The translations under genes and the position numbers were made by a program. A stretch of 63,650 bases of DNA, counting the filler, from Collodictyon triciliatum (lineage: Eukaryota): NCBI GenBank assembly GCA_043381765.1. It is 4 parts of 4 records of this genome, joined end to end, with 100 filler letters (N's around TTAATTAATTAA, not from the genome) between each part and the next. Parts side by side here need not be neighbours in the genome. Positions count along the whole stretch, not along the records: positions 31,948 to 49,004 come from JBHJMP010001491.1; 3 more parts are not named here. One strand, 5' to 3'. Below, piece by piece: positions 35,401 through 49,104 of the stretch. Numbering within the stretch: the stretch's first letter is position 1; every line of letters begins with the position of its first letter. Under the pieces are notes generated by a model. The model was not told the origin of the DNA. It saw nothing but the letters and a program-made list of their open reading frames with translations, and ran no database searches.

Positions 35401-36279
35401 AGAATATCAAACCATATGCAAAGTGCTATTTCATTCCAGAAACATATTTCCTTCAGACAAAAATACGATGACTTAATCGATTAATTTACTAAATCTTATT
35501 TAAGCTATACAAAAAAGAAATTTAAAATATCAGTTTTTTTATAAATCATACAAACTTTATTATGTAGCTCGGAACTGGATTCTCTGACGAAGATTTACAA
35601 GAACACTCCAATTTCTTAAAGCAACACATCATTAAGTCTCCTCCATCTTATTATCAGTATCCAGATAATCCAGGTTGGTTCTCTATCATGATTTTTTTTA
35701 AAAAAATAAAATAAAATAAATTGGATACAAGTTCGCATCGCTGGTGCATTTTAAAAAAATTACCCATACACAAAGAATGAGGCAAGCAAAAGACGTGCTG
35801 TGTTAAAAGCAAAATTTTGCTCAATGCTCTTATCATCCTTTTTCAGCCCTGATTCCGGATGTATGGTTCGAGCCTCGTCAAGTCTGGGAAATCTTGGCTG
35901 CAGATTTGTCCATATCACCACAACACAAGGCTGCTATTGGAGTGGTATATCTCATTTGCATAACGTTTTCTCATAAAATCTCATTTAATGAGTGCGATTT
36001 CAAGAATTTGATGGCAGAGTAGTCGCTTTTGCAGATTCCATACTTCTCTGTGAGCTCTGATTAAGTTTTTTTTTTTTGTACCCGTCGACCAAACAACTGC
36101 TGAAACTGTATTTATGAAAGGTGGATGAAAACAAAGGGATAGCTTTGAGATTTCCCAGATTTGTACGAATCCGCACAGACAAGAACCCAGAGGATGCAAC
36201 CCGGAATTCCCAAGTAGTAGAGATGTATCGCAAGCAAGCATCTGCTAGCCATGCCTTGGTCGATGATGATGACGATTAA
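32486..36279 (+). CDS. LIG1: ATP-dependent DNA ligase I (Cdc9), 5'-truncated, 16 visible exons
   Basis: [48 protein letters not shown] (motif I, KxDG), [18 protein letters not shown]...[46 protein letters not shown]...[23 protein letters not shown]...DDDDD*. Confidence 0.97.
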
Positions 36280-36542
36280 ACCCCAACTAATAGGATGATG
36301 GCCACTATTTTTTTTTTACAGTTGATGTGCTTTCTATCTAAGCAGAAAAGGCAATTTTGAAATAAAAAATGACCAATCGTCCCCTTACTCATAACTCAAC
36401 ATCGCTTTGTGACTAAAACATGTAAATGAAAGAAGAAAAAAGGAAATCTCGCTGCAGGAGCAGTTTATTTCGATTTCGCTTCGTCTAGCAAAGAAGTCTA
36501 TAAAACTTTGCAGAAATTCAGCAGACATGATAGAGTAATTAC

Positions 36543-37235
36543 AGTAAACCAATCAAACAACGGCAAAGAGTCTCAAGGTAGAAGTGCATAAAACTCTTCA
36601 AGGTCAACACTATCAAATCAGTGAAGCTACAGCTGAAAAATTCCGTGATTAACACTTTTGTAAAAGGAGCAAACGAAACACTGAAACGCAGAATATATGG
36701 ATACCTACAAAAGAATGAGAAATACCCCATCCAAGGTTTATATGTGTTTGTAGATAGCATTAACCTTGTCAAAAACAAAACTAAAAGAGTCGTAGCTGAG
36801 GTAGCGATACTTCCAAAGTACCTGAATCAAGCTCCAGAGATTCAAGAAATATACTATGAACGTAAAAACAAAGACAATCAAACAGATAAAACTTTTCAAG
36901 CACCTGGTTAATTACAAATATTATCAAAAAATGAACATTAGATTCAATTTAGTGAATGAAATGTGAGATTCAAAAGCGTGTTTGCTGTATTGGCGTTTGT
37001 GAATATTTACTACATTGGAAGAGCCGGACCCCACAAAACAAAATAGTGCTCTTTATATCACATAAAATGTGATAATGAATACGCTGCAAAGAAAAAGCTC
37101 ATGGGCTTCGAATTGCTATTGATCGACGATACTATCACACACGTCAAAAAACTCAAGCCCCGGAAGCGACTCATGGAAGAGTTTGAATTACGAGACGAGA
37201 TTGATGAACCCATTGAAAATACAGGCAACAGATGA
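36543..37235 (+). pseudogene. Decayed intronless reading frame, possibly an old retrotransposon ORF1 relic
   Basis: The frame of ORF 36621-36911 continues through several stops without frameshift to ...CSLYHIKCDNEYAAKKKLMGFELLLIDDTITHVKKLKPRK, an RRM-like pattern. Adjacent to the LINE. Confidence 0.3.
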
Positions 37236-37587
37236 AATAAAATAGCCGAAAGGGCTCCAACATAGAGCTAAATTTTAAAAATCGGTATTGAAATACTTCT
37301 TAGGTCGTGCATGTTTCCTTTTCTCTGGAGCATCAGCCTCTTCTGTTTTGACTCCGCTTCTTCAACAACGTTTGTATCATTCATTTGCTAATTTATGTAG
37401 TCTCCACATTTTTCCTGTAATTTTTCTGTATCTATCTTGCACTTTCACTTTTTGGCTTCTGCAAGTGACACTTTGGCCACTCGCTGAACCAAGAGTTGTA
37501 TTCTTTAACATCAAACTTGGAATTAACAAAGAAATATGTTCTTTCCTCGGTGACGCTTCATCTTTTGTCGTTCGTCACAGCCCGCAA

Positions 37588-39215
37588 TTTTTTTTTTTTA
37601 TTCTTCCTTTCAATTTTGTGCAGGATGGTGAAGGTGTTGGCTTTGGTTCGCTAGCCATCGTTTGCATGGACGCTACTTGGTGGCCGGGTGGCGGAGAAGT
37701 AGTCGGTAATCAGGAATTGCATCCTGCGGTTTGGCCTGTAGCCTGGGTCTTGTGCTTGCATAAGAGATACAAGGCGAGGTTTAATATCTTTCTCAGATTC
37801 TTTCCACATGTCTCTTCTCACGGGGTCGGAGTAGTAGAGAACGTGCAGGTGGCGAAGAAAGCTATTGAGGAAAGAGATTTGTATGATGTCATTCAGCCTG
37901 TTATCAGGAATGGGTGGCTGGTTGTTGAATCTTGCTTTGCGTGAGTATATGCGCGCTATCCACATAGTCCATAGCAAATGGCCTCGCGTCACTGCCCAGA
38001 ATGTTTTTGCATCTGGACGCAGCTGTTGCAGAGGCCCAAATATCGCCTGGATTGGGCCAACAGCTGCAGCCGTCTTGAGTGTCAGTCGAAGAATCTCACC
38101 GGCTGTTTCGCGCAGGTTTTGAGCGAAGGGACATTGCACAAATGTGTGCTCAATGGATTCATCACCGTTGCTGCAAAGTGTGCATTGTTGGGAGACTTTG
38201 CCAGCTTTTGCCGCGCGTGTGCCTATCCATAGCTCCCTATTGGTGATATTAAGCATTAGAGAGCGGTGATTTGGAAGGACTTGCGGGGTTCGTGCTTGTC
38301 TCCAGCTCGCGGTGAGCGGGGTGTGGGTGATGCCCAGGGTTTCTCCCCACCGTTGATGTTTTGACTTTTTGTAAGGTGTCGGCGGCGATATTTTGTATCG
38401 AAAGAATTTGGAGTAGGCCATAGCCATCGAGAACTGCATAGACTGCGCACCGTTAGACGAGCGTTCGTTCTTGAGGCGGAAAAAAAAAGGCGACGGGATG
38501 CCGTATGAGATTGGTCTGCGTGAGCGCCACTTTCCTTTGTTGTTAAGGACGGCTGTGGTTGGCTGTGCATCTTGTGTGCGGAATGCGGTGGAGCCTGGCG
38601 TTGTGATGTATGAGCCGTCTTCTTTGAATGAGATTTCTCTGATGGTGGCCGCGTTGCCTTCATGAATCTGTTTGATGATGCAGAAGCCTTTCTGGTTGTC
38701 CCAGCATATTTGTCCTGCTGCCAATGGCTCGTTCAGGGGTATTGTCATTTCGCAGTGAGTATACAGAATCTGCCAACGCGAGAGCAAAGGCTCTGGTGTG
38801 TTTGGAGGTGGTCGTGGGATTGTCCTTTGTTGCAACTGTGTTTTGAAGTCTGCACACAGTTTGGTGATGAGTTTCCACATCCCAATTTGCCAAAACCCTT
38901 TCGGCTGCATGAACATGTCCGTCCACCACTTCATGGTCAGTGATATCCATGCGGTTTTGGGTGTGATGAGTCCAACGCCTCCTTCTGTAGGTGGCTTAAT
39001 CAGTGTTTTGATTTTGTATTGCTGTCTCTTTGTTGTGATGAAGGTGCGGCATATGCTCTCCAGTGTGTCGAGATGCTTTTGAGGTAGGTGAGAGCCCTTC
39101 ATGTTGTGGATGAGGGTCGATAGCATGAGTTGGTTCCATAGTCTCGCTTTTCCGATGTCTGACAGATGGAATCTTTTCCAAGGGGCGATTGTGGACTTTA
39201 TTTTGTCGACCATAT
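37588..39215 (-). mobile_element. 5'-truncated non-LTR retrotransposon (L1/Tx1-like): C-terminal part of ORF2, short 3' UTR and poly(A)
   Basis: Post-RT motifs VDKIKSTIAPWKRFHLSDIGKARL...KPPTEGGVGL, zf-RVT-type CTLCSNGDESIEHTFVQCPFA, and LWTMWIAR. Stop at 37651, then about 50 nt of UTR and A12. No RT or endonuclease core, so 5'-truncated. Confidence 0.9.
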
Positions 39216-40291
39216 TATACTGCAATGAATCTAAGTTTACAATGGAAAATGCAAAAGATATGATGAATCGAATATTTGCGTCTTCGATAATATACACAAT
39301 AAAGTCAGAATTTTCTATTTTTACATCCGTATATGACATTCCCTTATTTTACAAAGCGAAAGTAGAAATACACCCCCATAAAGGAATCAAAGAAATAAAC
39401 TGAAATAATTGGCTGAGTAGTTTTCATGTAAAACTATATGTGTAGACTGGAGCTTTTGTTGTTCTCGCCTAATCGAATCCATGCTGTAATTTTTTCTTNN
39501 NNNNNNNNNNNNNNNNNNNNNNNNNNNNNNNNNNNNNNNNNNNNNNNNNNNNNNNNNNNNNNNNNNNNNNNNNNNNNNNNNNNNNTTTCTCTTTTTCTCT
39601 TTTTTTTACATTCTCATCTAATAAAACCAAAAAAACAAATAAAATTGTCTTATTCTGACTTTATATTCTTTATCCTCCTTATTGTTTGCCGGGATGAATC
39701 GACAGGTTCCTACATACCGAGTTCTGTCGATTTACATATGCTCGTTTAGCACTCTCGGAGAAACTATGAAAGAATTGCAGCCCAGCTATCTATTCAGAAA
39801 TCAAACTTCAGTCCTTAATTGAATAGTTGCTTATCAAGAGATAATAAATACAGCAACTGCAAATCTACGAAATCTCGATTCGTCATATAGAAGCAAGAAT
39901 AGATTTGGCCGAAAAGCGGAATTGTCTATTGAAGTGCTTGTTGTTTATGTGATTGTCATCAATGAGTTCGATGCTCTATTTGAAATACTATCCCAAGAAA
40001 TGATGATATGAAGGTTTTCTTATTAAGAATGAAAAAGTGAATTTTTCAAAGTCCTCTATTTTCTCTGTTGACATCAAAAAGCTTTACGAAAAAGAAAAAT
40101 ATATATAACTTTGGGTAATTAGACTATTCGATTGTGGTGGGTTTTCTGCTTGTATTTGTGTATGATTTCGTTTTCTTTTTATTCTTGGTGGCAAGAGCGA
40201 GAGAAAGATGAAGAGAGTACAGATTGTGGAGATGGGAAAATCGAAAGAGGCGGAGTGAGAGAAAGAGACAAGAGAACAAATGCAGGTCTAT

Positions 40292-40939
<648 letters not shown>

Positions 40940-41923
40940 TTATATACAAGAACTTGGCTGACACAGAGTGCCAATTTCGGAAGTCGCTGTTTTCGGTGAA
41001 TAGAAAGAGACCAAAGATACACAAACTGCGACCCAGCATTCGGAGAATAGACAGAGTGCGACACAACATGATTGAGAGCATACGGCAGCATATTGCATAT
41101 GGAATTTGAGCGACTCATACAACCATCGACCCGCAGTCGGAGAATATCGGATATACTACTATATTTTCCACATGCAGACGACAAATCCAGAAAACAACAT
41201 ACATCACAGACAACCATTTTTTTCTGTTGACGAAAACATGACTGAAAAGTAGATTATTGGATTAATCGTAAGATTGATTTTGTTGTTTTGTGAATGGGAT
41301 ATGTACTCAGTAAAAAGCGGAAGGTATTGATGCACCTTGCAGACCGAGATTACGGTTGTCATACGCGCTCATGTGGAATGCCATCCGCACCACTCAAAAA
41401 TCATTAACCATTTCAGACTCGGATACCAAGAAAAGTAGCTTGTTTACGGAAGCTCAACCAGAGCATAAGACAGCAAAGCCGCTTCCATGAATCAAGTGTG
41501 GCCATAGCAAGGCTTTGAGAGCAGCTTATATATGTCAAATCCTATCGACGAGTATTTGATACCGTGTGGATAAACAATGCGGCTATGAGGCAGCTTCAGG
41601 ACTTTTTGTTCATCTTAAACACTCACAATCAAAATAAAAGTATCAGGATTATCAGACTCCACCTGAAGATGAATAGCTAGGACTTCCGACTTCACAATTT
41701 GATTAGACAGCTTCAATTGAGGGTCGATGAGCATATTGCGTACCCGAAATACTTTCAGTGATGCGAAGGATGCACCGAAATCATCAATATGAGCATATTT
41801 TAAAGAACACATGTGGTTCTGTTCGATACGTCTTATATGAATATGTGGTTGGATACATATGTAGTCACTGCCGCAAATAGCTTCTCGGGATACATGATAT
41901 GAGTGGCAGCAGAGACAAACTCA

Positions 41924-42820
41924 ATGGAATCGGACATGCTTCTCGCACAAATGGAAAACATGCGCCTTAAGGAAAACACAAGTCGCGACCCATCGAAGGC
42001 TTTACAAGTTGTAGTCAGTTCTTCCGGTTCCAACACTGGTGCGGAAAAACCCCGAGTTGCACGTAAGTCTAGGAAAACCCGTGCATGGAAGCCGCCTGCA
42101 AGTCTGTCTGAGCGGACAGTATTTTTGCACGGGGTCGAGCAAGTCGTTTGCTACAAGAACAAGGCTCACAGGCTCACAGATGCGCTCGCCTCCTTCTTGA
42201 AAGCGAACAAAGTTTCGGAAGAGTCCATCCAATTGCGCTTACCGGACAGCGAAGCCCTTTGCCTGATCGCCTTCCGCACTGCAGAAAACGTCCGAAAGCT
42301 TCTGGAGGTGAAGCAGGTAAGTTTGAGCGATATTACGATCAGCTTCAGCAGAAGTAAAACAACAGAGACCTCAGTGATGCTCTACCAACTACCGCTGGAC
42401 GTGTGGCCGCAACTTCGTGTGGAGCTTAAGCCGTTCAGACCGACCCACGTGGAGATAAAAAAGGACAAAGGCTTCTTCACAGACACGGCCGTGGTGAAGC
42501 TTCTTTGTCACATGAACCGGCTCCATGCAAAGTTTACGGTCATGGGTAAAAAGTGTCCAAAGCGCATCCTCAAAGAGCGTCCGCCAGCTGCGAACAACGA
42601 ACGACAAGTAAAAGCTCCGAAAAAGAATACACCTGCCAAGCAGACAAGCAGCAACGGGGTCAAGGAAGCCAAGGCCAGGCAACAACAAAGTCCGCAAGAC
42701 TCCCAGCAGATACACGAATACAGCAACAGCGACGACGACATGGAAGGAAATCTCGGTTCCTATTCGGCATCTGCGCACTTGAGCCCAACACCACCAACAC
42801 CGACAATACCACCTAACTGA
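41924..42820 (+). mobile_element. Orphan ORF1-like protein of a non-LTR retrotransposon (RRM-like), not followed by ORF2
   Basis: Intronless and GC-richer than the flanks. LCLIAFRTAENVRKLL...TSVMLYQLPLDV...LRVELKPF...KGFFTDTAVVKL resembles Tx1/L1 ORF1 RRMs; basic, low-complexity tail. Confidence 0.6.
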
Positions 42821-43281
42821 AATTCCGTCGCCTCGAACAAAATCAAAAATCGCGTTGCAATTTGCCTCTCGTATAATGGTCTATATGTGTGAAAGTAATC
42901 ACTTTTTTTTTTTTTTTTAACAATTTTTGACTTTTTCTCTACTGACATCCGAAAAAAACCAGTGTGAAATTATATCGAGACCCTACCCTTTTTCTCTTCA
43001 AATCACACTACTAGATGGGTGGCTTTGAAATTTTTTTATATTTTTGTCGTATTATTATCTCAATACTATATTGATAATAATACTACAACTTTTCAAGCAG
43101 TTTGTTAAAAAAATTCTTTATTTATAAAGGTATAAGAAAAATCTATACACGGGTGTCATGTAACCGTCAAAATGTAGAGTATTTGAAGTCACAAAGCGGC
43201 TATTAACTTTATTGCGCAGGACATCGTAGGCAAATAATACACCATTTTTTGCGGTTTCTGCACTGTTTACATTTTGACAAC

Positions 43282-43815
43282 ATACAGGGGCAGACGTTGT
43301 AGTCCAGCTGGCATGGGACAGCGTCTGACCTGCGCGAATGTGGTTCGAACCCCACAGGGTGCGCGGTGTGTGTGATTCCGGCCCTGTATCACGCATTTCC
43401 TGAGCCCTCCTCCTGCGCCCTCAGTTATACCCAATCCAGGGCAGCCGGGGTGTGCTTCGCCGGACAACGGAGCACACCCCACAACTTTTGAAGAAAATAA
43501 CATCACCAGAAGAGTGCTTCCATGGAGAGGAATGAGATACCATATCTACGCCGAGCTTCGACCCCACAAAAAGACACCCCACAGAATTGTCCCCCCTCTA
43601 TTCCATGTCTGCCCTTCTTGGAAAACCCCCGTGCCCCCCAGACACCCCTTTGTAACACCCAGGCCACAGGCCAAACTGCAGGATGCAATCCTGAGTACCG
43701 GCTCCTTCTTCGCCACCCGGCCAACAAGTAGCGCCCATACAACCGATGGCTAGCGAACCAAAGCCAACACACCCCCTCGGTCCTGCACAAAGTTTAAAGG
43801 AAGAATAAAAAAAAA
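43282..43815 (+). mobile_element. tRNA-derived SINE with a LINE-derived 3' tail
   Basis: A box TAGTCCAGCTGG (43300-43311), B box GGTTCGAACCC (43342-43352), D-arm GTCC/GGAC. The tail 43657-43815 aligns with the reverse complement of LINE 37588-37748 and ends GGAAGAATAAAAAAAAA. Confidence 0.85.
43300..43352 (+). promoter_or_regulatory. Internal RNA polymerase III type-2 promoter (A and B boxes)
   Basis: Near-consensus boxes about 30 nt apart, as in tRNA genes. Confidence 0.8.
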
Positions 43816-44456
43816 TAGCTGTGACATCATATGTCTCATTCGACATATGAATGGAGCAAAAAGACGCAATTTTCAAATTATAATGTCATATATGCTTTAC
43901 ATTCGACATAAATAAGTGATGAGATATATGACTATCTTTGCAATATATCGCTTGCTGACTAAGTTATTTATGAGAATATTAGTTGCCTGTCATATGTATT
44001 AAGGGATGGGTGTGTTTCTATACGCGAAGAGTTATCCATTGAACCAAACACCTATCGACATGGCCGGTATTATGGATGTAATGTTTATGGGAACTGCGGC
44101 CTATCTACAGGTTTTTTTTATTTACAAATATATATGAGTTTAGTGAGTCATGGGTGCTTTAAAAATTAAAAAATGGAACGATGAAGCCAGAAAAATCAGC
44201 GATGCCGAATGGACATATAACTAAGAAATTTGTTAGATACAAAACGTCAATAATGACGCAAACGTAATCAAACTATCCTCCTTTTATTCATTTTTACATA
44301 CTTGTTATTCAAAGCGCATAGGTCGATTTATAACACGATTCAGGACTCGGTTTGTAATAAATTTGCGACAAGAGAACCAGACATGATTTGATAAAACTCT
44401 TCATGCTGATATATTTATCATGCATACTTTTTTCAATTTAGAGATGATTTATCAAC

Positions 44457-44735
44457 TTTTTTTTTATATTTTCAATCTGATTTGTGCAATATTAGGTGTG
44501 TTGGCTTTGATTCGCTAGCATTTGTTTGCATGGATGCCTCCATCGGAACCTGAGTGACAGAATAGTAGTCGGTAATTAGGATTTCATACCGCTCTTTGGC
44601 CTGTAGTCTGGGTCTTGTGGTGCATGAGAGGTAAGAGGAGGTTAAATCACTTTCTCGGTTTCTTTACACACATCTCTTCTCACAGGGTCTGACTAATGAA
44701 GAATGTGAAGATGGTAAAATAATCAGTTGTGGAAA
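44457..44735 (-). mobile_element. Older diverged 3' fragment of the same LINE family
   Basis: On the + strand GTGTTGGCTTTGATTCGCTAGC...TAGTCGGTAATTAGG...TTTGGCCTGTAGTCTGGGTCTTGTG...TCTCTTCTCACAGGGTC is colinear with 37616-37870; T-run at 44457. Confidence 0.8.
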
Positions 44736-47700
44736 TGGGGAGTCCTTTCACATTAGTAGCAAAGATTCTGCATTTTCATAGTCTCTAACCCTTATAACCA
44801 TGCACAAAATTATTGCATGAAGATACATCCTGCACGTGTGAGAAATACAAACTCATCCCCTTTGGTATGACGAAGTTTTATTAGTTCATTTTTTTTTAAC
44901 CTTTCATCTCATAAAATATCAGGTTTATTTCCCTTATCTTTATGCAACACACATTTTTTTGGAGAGATTAGTGAAATCGGTGCCTTATGTTACCAATCAC
45001 TTATTTATCTATAATTATTTATATTAAAAAAACATTAATCCGATCATAGGCTATGGTTTTCTGCTCTGCGAATTTTGTGTTGAATAAACGACACGATTGA
45101 ATTGTTTTGGCGAGCCTTACACAAGTTAGTAAATTCAAGTATTTCTAACTACACATTCATAATTTCAGACGTGATACATTTTAGAATATGATTAATTTGA
45201 TTTTTGAGCGTTTATAATTTTTATATTAAGACGAATAGATACTATGATTATGTCGTCATATATAGGTCGATATTGTCAACACAAGGTCTGGTAACTAACA
45301 TTTAAACTCAGTGCCCTTCTTCATTTATCATTCCGATGTCTTATTTTTGTATTTTTATTGAGTAGTAATGACTGCATTCATGCCTCTTGATGGGCTGCTA
45401 AAGTCAACGAAAGTAAAAGAGGTTTTTTTTTATAATGAATCTATATTTTTTTAACTTCACACATGGAAATCGATTGATACAGGGACTGTATGAATTCTGT
45501 CGACTTTGATTATCCCTTCAGTCTATTCTTATCCAATTCTAAGAACCGTAAACACGTGTAGCCACTGCACAACCAAATTGCTTTCATTCTTGATAATATA
45601 ATATTGATGTATAGAATGATTGTATTCATGATGATGCCCACATTGATGAGAAAGATAATCATTCATTTATACCATGCAGGAGCGAGTTGGAGGCCTTTGA
45701 ATACCCAATTTGGCCGAATGAAGACGAAGCTGCTTGCTTATTATGTTTCGCGGCTCACGGTTTATTACGTTACCTGAAATGAAAGATTATATTAAACAAA
45801 TGCTTTTATTTTACCTCATTTTTTTTACGTGATTAAAATAAAAGATTTATAAATTTATGTCTGTTTCATGCTCCATAGCTATTCTGGCTAACATCAGAAA
45901 AGCTCAACACATCACATTTTTTAATAGTTTATTTTTTTATGAATCTGATTCAATCGAAAAATATTTAAGCAAAATAGGTGTTTATATATCAGCATCATAA
46001 TAATCTGGAGATATATCTTTCATATACCTTGATTTCCAATAAGTTTGTTAATGATGAGTCAGAAGTAACCTACGAATGAATAAAGATAGTCACACTTGGG
46101 TTTATAAGAACAAACCAGCTGATGAGAGAAAACCGATGATTTAATATCAAAATATTAGTTACTAAACAACGATGACATACGATTTTTTTTGAGGAGTTTT
46201 GATTCTAATAGCCATTGTTTAGTCATATTTTGAATCATTTCGTGTCAAATAATTATATAGAAATCATCTTTTGTACCTGATTTTCACTAACTTTTACTCA
46301 CGCTCTGAATCCTGCGAAGGTCGTGGTAAAAGGACACGAGACAAAACAACCAAGGGAAAGGGAACTGTTCGATCTGCTGCTACTACCGAGGGGGGAGGGG
46401 TGGTTGGATGGACGGCTCCTAGTTTTTCCGATGATATGAAGAGATGGTCTAAGGAACGATTTGTGGGGTGTGGGGATGAGTTGTTGTGTGAGAAAAAGTA
46501 AGTCTCTTAGTTGTCCAAAATTTCATAAAAAAATAATAATAAAAAATCATTTCAATATATTCAATGTGTTAAATTGAACGCTAAGGAACAGGTATGTTAT
46601 CACAAACCTATATTTTATATATTTGTACGAATTGCAATTTTCATGTAGCATTATACGATTTGTATTTTATTCAAAGAAATCAATATGTCAATGAAGCAAA
46701 CAAATGCAGCTGTGTTTGTTCAGTGCAATTATATTTTGCTTTTCATAACCAATCAAAGCTTAATAATACACCAGCGATGTCCGTGCCTGCAGACTTCAGA
46801 ATTTATCTTTCTATTCTATTAAAAAATGTGTGTGAAAGATGAATTTTAATTTTGCAATTACTCTAATTTGCTAGCTGTGTCTAATTATTACAAAACTGAT
46901 AGGAGTCCTTGCCGAGCTGATAGCCACGTTTCCCACGAAAGGAGTATCTTATTCTATGCACATTCCGTTATTTTAATATCCTAATTAATCAAGAACAACT
47001 ATCTGCTCGGAACATCCTTGCCTCAGTTCGCCGCCTGTGATACCACCACCTCCCCCCGACTCGGCTGGGAATGCACACTCGACAACAGCTCATCCTCGCC
47101 CACATAGATCGTTGCCTCGCTCCGGCTGCCTTTTTGTTGGTGTATGGTAAGGAGCATGAAGTGTTTTATTGGAATGAATATATATGTATGTGTGGGGTGT
47201 CCACTGAAGCTCATGTAGCTGATTTTATTTATTATTCTTTTCTTTTTCTTTCTTTTCGATGGAGTAACGCACGTTGATCGAAAGCGCTGGCTTGAAGTAA
47301 ACACACAACCAAACACAAGAATAGAGCCCTCCGCTCGACCAAAGGTTCCCAGCCGCACCTAATCGCCCACAAAGAGCGCCCGGAAGCAGAACCTGTACGG
47401 AACCGGCTGCCACGTCCGCCTTCGAGGTAAGCACAAATGCTCCGAACTACCACACCACATAGAGGTAAGGAAAGAATAAGCCAAAGTCCTGAAAGACATC
47501 GAGTGCCACGATGAGAAGAATATCACCCGGCTATTAGGTCAACTTCAAGAATATACTACAGCCTTTTCCAAAAGAAAAAATCGCCGAGAGAGAGAGAGAG
47601 AGAGAGAGTTTAACAATACTTGACTGCATTTTTTTATCGTGCCCATAACAAGAGAGGCCAGTTCTTCGCTACCCATTATCTGCCGCATTCCCCCGGGCTT

Positions 47701-49004
47701 CATCAAGGGCGACATTGAAGGAGCATGAAAAACAACAAACAAATCATCTTCACAGTATTCTTCAATGGTTAAAACGTGTTTTTGATGAATGAAGCACTGA
47801 ATAGCAATCTGGCATCAGAACTACCCAAAGTATGAAAAAAAAATAACAATTCTATGTTACGTTTCTCTCACTATTTCGTACTCTGTCAGAGAACACAAGG
47901 AAAAAGCCAAAAGAAAATATCATGGTTAACACCGCCACAAACACTAACAGAACGAGCTGCCAAGCATAGAAAGACAATGTCGACCCTTTTAAACCCAACC
48001 ACCCGGAGCTATGGAAGAATAAGCATCGCTCAAGCAAGAGCAACCTTCACAAGGGCTTTCCAAAAAGAGCGGACGGGTTATTAGAGACGCGCCTCACACT
48101 AAAACAATCTGGACAAGCAATTCAAGGTGCAATAATATGAATTCTGAATTATTTTTTATTTTATGCAAAATGCAAGTTTACTTTTTCATTCATATAGTAT
48201 TTAGTATACAAGGATAATTCCTAACGAAGATTATATTTCACGATTTGTCTGTTAATGCAAGGCACATATGGAAAAAAACGCTTCCGTTGAATGGAAGGCA
48301 AGCACCTAAAACCTGCAAAACCTAAGCGGTGGTGGTTCTGGTATTTTTTTATCCCACGTAAAGCCTTCACGATGAGAATCTCAGGCTATAATTAACGGAG
48401 AGTAGTATATGAGTACTGGTATTATAATTTTATTTTGTTTGTAAATTTTTCATTCTGTGGGAATATACTAACCATCACATATAGTTTGGGACATTTGCAC
48501 AATTTAGAATAGATTCAGAGGAATTATATAAGTCGACCTGGAAGAATATCAATCTATTACGCAGACTTTCATACATCACATTTGTTGTATTATACGAAAT
48601 AATTAGCATTAAGAGAATGTTTAGTGGCTGTATGATGCATAAGCAACTCACATCCATATTATTTACAACAAAAAGAAAGCAATTAAAATATAAAATTCAT
48701 CTCATGTTGAGATATATTTGTATTCACGAATAGTTTATTTCATAACAAGAAAAATAAAATATTAAGAGTTGTAATATTGAGCTCTAAGCTTTAATACAAT
48801 ATAATCTTGTTAGCCTATTGAAACTATCTAAAACGCATTCAAAATACGAATCGATAAATCAAACAACTTCCATTCATGAAAAAGTAGAATAACTTCATTG
48901 ATACTTGGCATATATTATAACCCATGAATACGATGTTTTTTATGCAACACACACGAAGGAATAGGAAGATTCAAAACATGTCTGCAACCGAAACAAGCAC
49001 CGAG

Positions 49005-49104
49005 NNNNNNNNNNNNNNNNNNNNNNNNNNNNNNNNNNNNNNNNNNNNTTAATTAATTAANNNNNNNNNNNNNNNNNNNNNNNNNNNNNNNNNNNNNNNN
49101 NNNN
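49005..49104. other. Artificial contig spacer
   Basis: N44-TTAATTAATTAA-N44. Confidence 0.97.

Noticed and set aside
39216-39339. N-terminal about 42 aa of the 562-aa LINE ORF
   Set aside because: AT-rich flank that happens to be in frame; it lacks the YLG motif expected upstream in an RT. No convincing TSD was found for this insertion.
39697-39732. 9-bp inverted repeat AATCGACAG/CTGTCGATT
   Set aside because: An isolated short hairpin with no supporting snoRNA, MITE or Helitron features.
43240-43345. HDV-like ribozyme at the SINE 5' end (hairpin followed by GCGAATG)
   Set aside because: No P1/P2/P3-L3 nested pseudoknot could be built upstream.
43293-43365. Functional tRNA gene (possible GAC anticodon)
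   Set aside because: Mismatched acceptor stem, 8-nt T-loop, no nearby T-run terminator and continuity with a LINE-derived tail all fit a SINE head better.
43275-43832. TGACAACATA / TGACATCATA as the SINE target-site duplication
   Set aside because: A 9/10 match, but it is offset from the A-tract and overlaps the GCTGTGAC motif also seen at the LINE end, so it cannot be called from one copy.
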